In this document: in pieces, positions 10,301 to 20,300 of the stretch
How the letters are laid out: each line of letters opens with the position of its first letter
Numbering within the stretch: position 1 is the first letter of the stretch
DNA from: a virus
IMG/VR virus record: IMGVR_UViG_3300037225_001468
Location: 1 to 64,000 of that record
Reading direction: 5' to 3' (one strand)
DNA length: 64,000 nt
Notes under the pieces: model-generated
Told to the model about the DNA's origin: nothing
The model's database searches: none
Seen by the model: the letters and a program-made list of their open reading frames with translations, nothing else
Made by a program: the position numbers and the translations under genes

Positions 10301-12975
10301 GTATACTAAAAAGTTTAGACGGAGGTTATTCTTGGGAAGTATCTTATTCTGCTAGTGGCCCCGTTTTTAAGTTATATTATTCTTCGTCTTCTAATAAATA
10401 TTTTGCCATCGGAGGAAAAGAGGTATATATTAGCTCTAATGGATTAAACTGGAGTAGAACTAGTGGTCTTGATGGGGTATCTATTGTCAGAGATATTGTG
10501 GGAGATAATGCTTCTAATGTTTACGTTAGTTCTGATTTAGGAGTTTATGTTTTAAGTAATAATTCTTTTGGAGATTTTTTAATATGGACAAAAACTTCAT
10601 TACAGAGTGAGATGTCTTCAGATTGTTATGGATTATGGTATGATAATACAAACAATGAGGTAGTAGTTAGCACGGAAATAGGTTTGTATTATACTAAAGA
10701 TGTAGGGTTAACTTGGACATTGATATATGATTTTCCTTCACAAAGTCCGGTCTGGTTTTTTTCTGTATGTGGTAGTCATGTTTTTGCCTTAACAGATTCT
10801 TCTGTTTGGAGAAAGGAAATATCTGAAACTTATTTTTCTATGATATCTCAGATAGACGGTAACCTATCTAGAAAAATGGTAATTTTTAATGATAGCGGAA
10901 ATAATAAAATTATAGTAGTTTCTGATATTGGTTTATTTATATCTAACAGTAATGATGATATATTTATTTCTAATTATGTAAATATGGAAAAACAGACATT
11001 AGAAATAAATAGTTCTACATCAGAAATAGATGTAACATCTTTGAACGTTTTAGGGAATTATATATATGTTGGAAGTGATAAGAAATTATTTAGATCAAGT
11101 GTTCTACATAACTTTTCTAAGATATATGAAAATTCTTTTGGTGTAACTCCAATTATATATGTTGATAATAGCCCTCAGCATATAGGATCATATTATAATA
11201 CCGTAAATAATACTGTTTGTTTTGATTGGAGAATTGATGATAATTCTAAAATAACTATAGCTAATCAGTATAAAATATTTAGAGCTAAGAATAAGGGATG
11301 GATATCTCAAAATTTTGAATCTAAAATAACTATACATATAAATGGAACAGAAGTTATTGTAGATAGTCCTTTAGGTAGTGCTGCTTTTACTTCGTTGTCT
11401 AATGTTTCTTTTGGAGATTTATCTGAAACTAATTCTAATTATGATAGAACCTCTTTGTATATACAGGATTACAATTCAGAATTAACCCTGTTAACCAGTT
11501 CGGTATCCAATCAGGATTATTCTGTAGATATAGTAAATAATTTGTGTTATTTATATTATAGAGTATATTCTCAGGTAATTAAAAATATAAAATATTTTTC
11601 GGAAATAGTAATAAATGGATATAATTATTCTATAGTAGATTTTGAAAGAATATTAGATTCACTAATAGAACAAGAGCTAATAGATTATGAGTTGATTCCG
11701 GAGATACCTTCATTATTACCTTTTTTGCCAATTGACAATTCTTTAAAATATTTAGATGTGTCTTCTGGAATTCTTGTTTGGGATGAAAATTTTGATAAAT
11801 ATGACAATATAACTATAGATATAAATAGTTCTTTTATTAGAAATTCTGGTGTATTTACTCATAAAGATATTGATGATAATATAGAAATAAAAGATTCTGG
11901 TTTGCCATATTCTCTTGCTGAAGTTAATCAGACAAATTTAGTTAAGATGGGAATGTTTTTAGAAAAGAATTGGCCAAGTGAACAAAATCAGGTTGATATA
12001 TGTAATATACCAGTGAAGAGCACAATTCAATCTTCTTATTTTATACCAAGAGATAAAAGCTGGTATGATGTTTTAAATTCGACGGTTGACTATAATAAAG
12101 AATATTACTGTAAGGTATCTGGTCTTACTGTTTTGTATCCAACTTCTGTTTGTTATGATTTTGTTTTAGGAAAGGTTTTGGTTGGATCTGTTACAGGACT
12201 ATTAAGCATTGATATTAAAAATCTAAATATATCTGTAATAAATTTTAATGGAACATATGAAAACGAGTTTGTAAGAGACATAATTTATTATGGATATGTT
12301 TATATTGTAACAGAATATGCTATATATTATTCTACAGATTTATCTTCTTGGGATAGAATGGATCTAACTGGATTAAAAGGAAAATTTAACAAATTAACAG
12401 TATTTAATAATAATTATATATTATCAACAGATGATGGCATATACTATAGAGGAGCATATGATTTCTTGTGGAAAAATGTATCTACATTAAATAATGTTAG
12501 TGTTTTATATAGTCCAGATTTAATTTATGCTATAAATGATAATATTTTATACACTAGTAATAATGGTTTAGTTTGGAAAAATGGTGGAGATTTTGGATCT
12601 ATACAGGTTAATAATATAACAAAATATCAGTCTAATATGGCAATAGCAACAAATAGTGGTGTAAGATATGATAATTCTACTTTCTTTGGAAGTAATGCTC
12701 AAGTTTCTCTTATAGATGTGTTGAATGATATAAATCTTTCATCTTATTTAAAAGTTAATGATGTCGTTAGTGATGGAAATAATTTATTCGCTTTTTCTTC
12801 TAACGGTAAATATTATACGATAAATAATTTAGGATTTACAGAATTGGATTCGTATCTTCCTTCGATACAAAGGGCTTTATTGGTAGAAAAAGATATTTGG
12901 ATGTTTGGGTATAATTTATTAAGAATTAGCAGTTTAGATTATCCGATAATATTAGGTACTGGATCTATTTTTTAA
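7393..12975 (+). CDS. Large tail fibre/adhesin-like protein with FN3 repeats and Asp-box beta-propellers
   Basis: FN3 patterns (LVWNKN..YYLLKRS, YYYKLYAVDYSGN, YYYFVTTVDEYG). Asp-boxes KSLDGGYSW, SSNGLNW, TKDVGLTW, STDLSSW, SNNGLVW. Confidence 0.7.
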   Translation: MPIFTKNYGLTAFTNGDAYSASSDRNRMSIIDNQLAFISDIVGYGVIDGWNVIDESGSISGNILYSNSEHIIRVLPGSGIINRFYTRTFGELNATIKDGDTAYVYMQKKDNYNASFSCFSDIKSIICSNILPPSIPSGFSCNGSTENSIKLVWNKNSEVDFSYYLLKRSVDNISFVDIASQIDSSYEDIGLSQNTIYYYKLYAVDYSGNISLSTTTLSISTSLDLIKPENPNIISSFAGNNFVQFLWQQPPKGNVDHYQIDVYEMNDQKQPIFLLNTFNTIDLQFIIKNLINGKLYRFIIYSVSINGILSEGDIINLSPQTILGPAEIENLIVSESLSLTSLNNIDLTIGWDPGIDPYLSLAEKFAITIIENGNIVSDIIYVYNDFSSIFSKVISTYKYNGLVRAILPKTYYIIKVQAVDANGNFNKGIVNSITTLNYVSPSAPSNIIATLKENNKLLFTWKNSINLFDHNLLTIKKINKTTLVEIVLVNNENFGQKNSYLTNDIIDMNSTYTVELQSVDEYGNKSDIVSYSFDTLPLDGTLPEVPKNQFAFSGDKKVFLSWDTFELPLAKYYKIWRALYGTSLEISDFSLIETLPSTQSSYVDYSVVNGNRYYYFVTTVDEYGRECLNPVDDGFILYSLILAYPHKDITFEDIENVSLTPSGDPNGNDVLISWTVDTLKYDGYDGFEIYRSIGNKYSWEKIGHTDRDVSNFIDRSILLINNTTYYYMVRKYRDEARLSLSINSDLFPIDSVLLAKIIAIPSGLIITDLRVSLKNIGSVANSYLNEKVNSHNHLNTSLVDKRINLEDNIYITNWSSVDNLTFTTTDVFSGALLYVVRINGELSNIFYEIDYVNKKIIFSSPVIDSNISLECIGLSEIQNLLSSEKLQEIAASLCDTGKLNKKTIPKISHSGRISEDIIPLQLLLMTEDGYNFDIYQNIKSGTSEKIGTATTFYDILNITGNTFAAVTSVGILKSLDGGYSWEVSYSASGPVFKLYYSSSSNKYFAIGGKEVYISSNGLNWSRTSGLDGVSIVRDIVGDNASNVYVSSDLGVYVLSNNSFGDFLIWTKTSLQSEMSSDCYGLWYDNTNNEVVVSTEIGLYYTKDVGLTWTLIYDFPSQSPVWFFSVCGSHVFALTDSSVWRKEISETYFSMISQIDGNLSRKMVIFNDSGNNKIIVVSDIGLFISNSNDDIFISNYVNMEKQTLEINSSTSEIDVTSLNVLGNYIYVGSDKKLFRSSVLHNFSKIYENSFGVTPIIYVDNSPQHIGSYYNTVNNTVCFDWRIDDNSKITIANQYKIFRAKNKGWISQNFESKITIHINGTEVIVDSPLGSAAFTSLSNVSFGDLSETNSNYDRTSLYIQDYNSELTLLTSSVSNQDYSVDIVNNLCYLYYRVYSQVIKNIKYFSEIVINGYNYSIVDFERILDSLIEQELIDYELIPEIPSLLPFLPIDNSLKYLDVSSGILVWDENFDKYDNITIDINSSFIRNSGVFTHKDIDDNIEIKDSGLPYSLAEVNQTNLVKMGMFLEKNWPSEQNQVDICNIPVKSTIQSSYFIPRDKSWYDVLNSTVDYNKEYYCKVSGLTVLYPTSVCYDFVLGKVLVGSVTGLLSIDIKNLNISVINFNGTYENEFVRDIIYYGYVYIVTEYAIYYSTDLSSWDRMDLTGLKGKFNKLTVFNNNYILSTDDGIYYRGAYDFLWKNVSTLNNVSVLYSPDLIYAINDNILYTSNNGLVWKNGGDFGSIQVNNITKYQSNMAIATNSGVRYDNSTFFGSNAQVSLIDVLNDINLSSYLKVNDVVSDGNNLFAFSSNGKYYTINNLGFTELDSYLPSIQRALLVEKDIWMFGYNLLRISSLDYPIILGTGSIF

Positions 12976-12976
12976 A

Positions 12977-14380
12977 ATGGTTATATCTTCAAAGAAATTT
13001 GTTACAGATTATGCTTCAAGAAATATACTTTCTGATATTATAACTATTAATGATATTAATCCTTCGTATGAGAATTATGATTTAGGATCTAATAAAACCA
13101 TACTTAATGTTAGATTTAAGTTTAATAGAGGAGACATTTTATCTTCTGGGTCTAATAGGGATATAGTTATTTTAAGAGCATATAATTCGTCTAATACTTT
13201 ATCTTATAGTGTATATTATAGAGTAGATACAAATACTATTTATTATGATGACGGTGTGGCTCATGGGACTGTATGCTCTAATGGATGGAATGTTATAGAA
13301 ATTCAAAATAATTCTTCTGGTAACGATATTTTTTGGTTAAATGATATTGTTATATTTACTGCTGCAAGTTCAAATTTAAATATTAGGTATATCAAATATG
13401 GAGCGATATCTATATCTTCAAATATATCTAATTCTTATTATTTAGATGAATTAGTTTTTAGTAATTCTAAGATAGGAATGATTCCTTTTCTTCCTAATGC
13501 GATTTTTGCTGTGCCAAAAATATCTCAAAATTTTTCTGTATATAACACTTATATTCCTACGAAAGCTTCTGTTTATTTAAAACCTGTATGTAATGATGTG
13601 TCTAAGGCTTTTAATGTTGATATCATTAATGGAGATTTTATTAGTGGAGGGGCAAGTATTGATGCTTTAAATTTTTATAATATATCTGAAGTAAATGATA
13701 GCTTTTTGATTCCTAGTGATAATGATACAAATTTTTCTTCTGACAGTAAAGGGTTTTTACAGATAATTACTGAATTTAATACAGTAGATTATCCAACTAT
13801 AAATTATCCTATACAAAGTTCTATAACGGGATCTTATAATGTTTGGATTAGATGTCAATGTTTTACTGGAAGTTTTAGTGCTGATATCTATATAGATGGA
13901 ATTTTAGAAAATACAATACAAAATTATACCTTAAGTGGTGTTTCTTGGAATTGGTTTTCTTCTGTTATAAATATTCCAGATAAAGATGTTCATACTTTGG
14001 GTATAAGATTACATTCAAAGGGATCATCTTTAAATAAGATAGTTTTAAGTAAGAACTTTTTTATTCCAGTATCTTCTGGCCCGAAAATAACAAAAACTCC
14101 TTTTCAAACAATATTTGGGCAATTATATACTGTTGGAAATGATGGTCTTCCAAATTTGCCTCTTTTTATATATGATTATAAAAATACATTATTAGATATA
14201 AAGCAAGATGATTGGTATAATTTTAGTTTAGAGTTTTTAAAAAGTTATGGAGAAATAAATTTTGATTCTAAATATGCTTTTGTGTTATTTAGTGTAGGTG
14301 GAGAAAATAATAGATATATACTGTGGGAAACTGCCTTAAGTAATGAATATATCTGTGAAACTTCTGCTATTAAGTATTAA
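12977..14380 (+). CDS. Structural protein with lectin/CBM-like beta-sandwich domains
   Basis: GWNVIEI...YYLDELVFS; GSYNVWIR...WNW...HTLGIR...LNKIVLS resemble jelly-roll carbohydrate-binding modules. Confidence 0.45.
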   Translation: MVISSKKFVTDYASRNILSDIITINDINPSYENYDLGSNKTILNVRFKFNRGDILSSGSNRDIVILRAYNSSNTLSYSVYYRVDTNTIYYDDGVAHGTVCSNGWNVIEIQNNSSGNDIFWLNDIVIFTAASSNLNIRYIKYGAISISSNISNSYYLDELVFSNSKIGMIPFLPNAIFAVPKISQNFSVYNTYIPTKASVYLKPVCNDVSKAFNVDIINGDFISGGASIDALNFYNISEVNDSFLIPSDNDTNFSSDSKGFLQIITEFNTVDYPTINYPIQSSITGSYNVWIRCQCFTGSFSADIYIDGILENTIQNYTLSGVSWNWFSSVINIPDKDVHTLGIRLHSKGSSLNKIVLSKNFFIPVSSGPKITKTPFQTIFGQLYTVGNDGLPNLPLFIYDYKNTLLDIKQDDWYNFSLEFLKSYGEINFDSKYAFVLFSVGGENNRYILWETALSNEYICETSAIKY

Positions 14381-14390
14381 GGAAAAGTGA

Positions 14391-17300
14391 ATGTCAATAG
14401 CTTATGCTTTTTTTACGTTAAATGGTTTAAAGATTTATTCCTTAAAAGAATGGGAAGATATTCAGTTAATTCCATTAAGCACAGATATAGAAACTTATAA
14501 TCTTTTTTTTTATAACGCATATTATAAAAAATTAAATAATAATGATAATAATATTTGGCACATATATTCTAATAATTTATATTTCTATAACGTTTATTAT
14601 AAAAAATTAGGAGATATTAGCAATATTTGGCATGAGAGTGAAACTGGTCATTCTTTAATAATATCTAGTTCGTATAACTCTTTTGATGAATATGGTGATA
14701 GGATAGTTATTCCTCCATCCTCTACAGAATCTTTAGTTGTCAATAACTTTATACCTTCTGTTTTAACTCTTAATAATACCAAAGTAGTTAATGATGAATA
14801 TGGAAAAGAAGATATAGTTCTTGATTTTCCAGATAGAGTAGTTAATATTGTTGTAGATAACAGTGGAAGTATGACATGGAACGATGAGTCAGGATTGAGA
14901 TATGATTTGATAAAAAGATTTATTGAAAGAGTGTCGGGGTATAAAAATTTAGGTAATGACAAAAATATTTGGCATACATATTCTAATAATCTTCTTTTTT
15001 ATGATGTTTTTTATAAAAAACTAGGTAACGATATCTCTGGTAAATATCCTGGAAGTGTAGAATATAATATCATAAAATATGGAGGAAAATATATTTCAGT
15101 TTTATTATCGGCAACAACATCTGATAATAATCCTCTTAATCCAGCAACTAATATTCAAAAAATATATGAACAAGATGATTTTATTGATGATGCTAGTGAT
15201 TTTTATGGTGTTAGAATTTTAAGAAGAAAAGATATGTTTTCTGCTTCTCCGATAGATGGAGAAATAATATTTGATGGTATTATTAATAAATTATCACAAA
15301 CATGTTTAATTGAAAATCAAACTTATTATTATTCGTTGTATACTTATGATAAAAATTATCATTTTAGTAATCCTACTAGAATATCTGTTGTTCCTAGAAA
15401 GAATTTAATCCCAAAAGGAGTTAAAACTTTTTATTCAGAAGTTCTAAAGGGTAGCGGGATAATAACAGATAATAATGTTGTTTCTTCATGGCATTTCGGA
15501 GAAGGAAATGGAGATATTGTTTATGATTTTACTGGATATGGAGATTTAGTATCTCAAAATTATAGTTCAGTTAGAACTCAATGGTTAAATAAATATGAAG
15601 TTCCTGTAGGAAATTCCGGAATTAGATATGACTCTATCCCTTCTTTAACTATTATTCAGGATAAAACAATACCTTATAAAGCTCCTTTCACTTTTATGGC
15701 ATGGTTTTATCCTTTTGATAATTCATTAACAAATCAGGTTATAGCCAGTAATGATAATGGAGTAAATTATGATTGGTATGTATCTTTGTCTGCTGGTAAT
15801 ATAAATTTTCATACTAATAACGGATCTAATATAGTATCTTCTATAGGATATATTTCCCAAAAAGAATGGCATCATTTAGCGATAACTGTAGCCTCTAACG
15901 GAAATACTAATATATATATAGATGGAGTTTTAAGCAATACTGGAACATCAGCATTGTCATCTTTCTCTTTAATGTCTTATCCTTCTTATGGTAATAATTT
16001 CAGAACAAGTATAGGTAGTGGGTTCTTGGGAAGTTTATCTTTTAAGGGATATATAACTGAAGTTAGTATTCATAATATAGAAAGAGATGTTTCGTATGTA
16101 TTAAAATATTCTAAACCATCTTTAGTTTCAGATAGAGATAATGGTGATAGACTAATAGTTCTAAAGTATTCAATTCCAAATTCTTTTGATTATGTTGGAG
16201 GCAAGGTAAGAATCGTTGAAAAATATTCTGAGGTACCATCTAATGAAGAAGATGGAGAGGTTATATATGATGGAGATGCTTTGTCTGGTGATTTTTATAA
16301 AACATATAAAGAAGAATTAATTTTAGATAAAACTTATAATTTTAGAATTTTTTCCCAGAACTCAATAGGAAATTATAGTCATATAAGCGACTCTGTTAAT
16401 CTGACAGTTAATATTCCTAATTTATCAGATGAGGCTAGACAAAATTTATTTCCTATAAGTGAAGAAATATATTTTCCTCATGATTTAACTATAAAAGAAG
16501 GTAACGGAAAAAATTATTTAAAATGGAAAATTCATAATTTAAATGATTTATCAAAAAGAATTTTAATATATTTTTCTACTGAATCATTTCCGTCTATAGA
16601 AGATAATAATTTCTCTGGCACTTTAGTTTTTGATGGTGACATTGATGACACAGGATTTGTTCATAGAGACTTACAAAATAATCAAATATATTATTATACT
16701 ATTTTTTCAATAGATAGATATCTTAGGGTATCTGATTCTTTTAGAATTTCTGGAACTCCTCAATCTTCTTTTGATGATACTGGTATCCCTTTAGTGAAAA
16801 TAAATAATTTATCTTATGAGATAAAAGATGAAAATACTGTTAATATATTTTGGGATAAACTTCCTAATATAAGAATAGTAAATGCTTATTTTGATCAAGA
16901 TATTGTTTTGTTAGCAAAACTTACAGATGAATTTGGAAATTTAATAATTAAAGACGTTAATGTAAAATTAGAAAATAATATAGAATCCGTTATAGATTTA
17001 CAGTCTGCTGAAGATGTTTTTATAGGAGAAAATTCTTTTGTTCCTCCAAACTCTCAAGATATATATAATTTTGTAATGTCTAATATGGATAGTGGTATTT
17101 CTAATGGAACATTAAAGTTAAAATTAACATCTGCTAATAATGAGTTTTTATTAAAGAACTTTAAAGAAATTATTATTAATACTAAAATAAAATTATTTAT
17201 TCCTGATACTAGTAGTATATTAGATTCTAATGGTAATTATACTAATAATCTTTTTGAATATACTTCTTCTGAAATTAAAATTGTTTTAACTAATCCTTTT

Positions 17301-20300
17301 AATCTTGAAATAACAAATAGAGATAATAGATATATAAACGTAGTGTGTAAAAATTCTATATCAGCTTTAGATAATAATGTATCAACGGAAGTAAAAAAAT
17401 ATAGTGGAGCATATGTTGGATCTTCTCAAGGGTTTACCGTAAGGTGCTTGATGACATATAGAGGGAGCCCTCTTATTGGTGTTAGTAGCATATTAACTTC
17501 TGCTTATACAGCTAATAAAAACCTATGTGATTCTTCCTTGCCAGAAAGGGGAGATATAAGTTCTTTTTATAATAATCTTACTGGCTTTTCGGATACAGGA
17601 TCAGTGCAATCTGAGATATTAGATGTTAATGGAAATCCTACCGGAGAATTTGAGACGGTAACTTATTCTGATATATTATTGAATGTTCCCTCTACTGCTC
17701 AAAATATATTATTATATATCAAGTCGAGTTTTGGAGGAATGTGTTTTGTTAAAAAAATGTTTTTAGTTTTTGATAGTCCTTTAAAAATTGACATGTCTGT
17801 TAAAGTCCCTCTCTCTGATGGAATGAGTATTTCTGAACAGTTTGCAAACGTTTATATATTGGATCCTAATTATCCAGAAGATATCAGCAAAAGAAGTTAC
17901 CCTCCGGATAATACCATAGTAAAATGGGAACTTACAAAATTAAGAAGTGTTTTTCCAGACAGATTGATATATTCTACTAATAACGTTCCGATTGTAGATG
18001 GTATATATTCTTATACAAATAGTGGAGTTACAAGTGGAGTTTTTATCGGACCTATTTCTGGGGTTACTACGTATGATACAGAATCTAATATTGATAGTAT
18101 ATACGAAAGCGACTCATTAAAGGCTACTGTTTTATATAATGGAATTTCTGCCACAGATTATCAAGTTATAAGAATATTACCTCAATCAGTTTTAGGACAT
18201 GCATCTGCCTCGTCTAGTTTTTTAATGGAATTTGAAGATATCAATAACAATCTATATACTGATGGACAATCTTATATTAAAATGATTATAAGCCATGACG
18301 CTAATACTTCAAACACAAAATATTCTTCTTGTTTTAGAAACTGTATGAATGATAAGGGCAAGACTATTTATGAATTGGTACCTGGTCAGTTGGTTTTTAT
18401 AAATACGAACGAACCGGAAATAGAAATAATATGGGGGAATGTAATAGAAGACATAGATACCTATACTGGGCAAAAGACAATTGATATAACTAATGCCACT
18501 ATAGGATTAGGGTCGGCATATGTTGAATTGTCTTCTGGAATTAACACTCCAGTATATTTTAGAATAAATAAAAATTATCAAAATCAACATTCTACAGGTT
18601 TTATAGAAAAGTCTACAGAATGTAAGTGTATAGGAAATGGGCAATTTATAAACTATTATAATGAAATTAATGTTTATGGGTCTATTACTTCTATTTTTAA
18701 TGGGAGTAGCATAGCTCTGACCGGCGGTGGAGATATGACAAATGGTTTTCCTCCAACAATAATAATTCCACAGGAGCCCGTTTTGATAAAAGTTGTTGAT
18801 AGAAAATCAGGAAATATATCTGTTAAAAGTTTAGTCGTAGATGGAGTTTCTGATAACAAAATAATATTAGATATTTCTTTTGCCGGGCAACCTGTTCCTA
18901 ATGGAACTCCTATTAATTTACAGATTGTTAATAATTTTGAAGAAGCTATATCTTTAGTCAATAGTATTATATATACTACAAATGATATTATATCAGATAT
19001 TGACCCGATAAACATTAGAAGTTACGCTGTAGTGGACATAGAACCTATTCCTACTAATGTCGTTTTTGATTCCAATCTTTATATTACAGTTAATTATGAT
19101 AATTTGGGAAATATATCCAGGTCTAATGTTTTATGTATAAGATTTGTTTATGATGCAGAATACTCAATAAATCAATCTTCTACGGTTTTTAGTTCATCTG
19201 TTAATTCTTATGATATTTCTACAAATTCTTGGACCAGTGTTTCTAGTCTAAAATATGAAAGAGGATATCATTGTGTTCAAGGAGTTAATAACAGGGTCTA
19301 TTCTATAGGTGGTATAAATAATAAAAGTATAGTTAATTATGTTGAAGAATATAATCCTATAACTAATGTCTGGACGGAAAAATCTAGTATGCCTACATCT
19401 AGGATGGGAGCTTTGTCTGTTGTTGTTGGTAATTATATATATGTATTTGGGGGCATAGTCTATGATAGCATTAATAATAGAGTATCAGTTTGCAATAAGA
19501 CTGAAAGGTATAATACTATAACTAATGAATGGATATCTTTAGAGGATATGCCTTCTATATATTTAGATACTGTTGACCCAGTTGTGTATGGAAATGCATA
19601 TGGAGCTATAGTTTATAATTCTGGGGTTATTTATATATTAAGCGGCATTAGAGACATATCATATGATGGATTAACTGTTGTTAATAACGATAAAGTTTTG
19701 TCTTATACGGTAGCTACAGATAGTTGGTCTTATTCTGATACCATATTAGATACAGAGGTAGAAAACTATGGAAGAATAGGTCCTTGGTATACTTTTGTGA
19801 GTGGAAATATTTTTATTGGAGGAGGAGCATTACAGGGGTTAGATCAAAGTTTGACTTATCCAACAAGTATTTATAAATATGATATATCAACATTTTCTTT
19901 TGATGGAGCAGAAAATGTTTTTTCTAATATTCCCATCTCGTCATATAGGACCGGAATTTCTGCTATAACTACTCCTAATATATTTTATTTAGCTGGAGGG
20001 AGTAATAGTAGTTCTCAAAATATTAGTAGGTTTGAGTCTGTTAATGTAAATTCTGTTTCGCTATTGTCATCATTTACGACCAAACTTAGTAGTATGGTCT
20101 CTGGTAAAAATGGTTTAGGTTTAGGTTTATACTCTTTACTTGGAAAAGATTATATTTTGGAAGTTGGAGGGGTTGAAAGCGGCAGGGGTAATAATTTTCT
20201 TAAGATATACAACTTAATAAGACCTAACTCTTTAGAATTAAATGGGAAACAGCACATTGAAGTAGAGATACAACTGTTAGATGAAGAGAACAATTATCCT

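Noticed and set aside
14499-15037. Diversity-generating retroelement TR/VR pair
   Set aside because: Differences are not adenine-specific, both copies are coding in one gene, and no reverse transcriptase is present.
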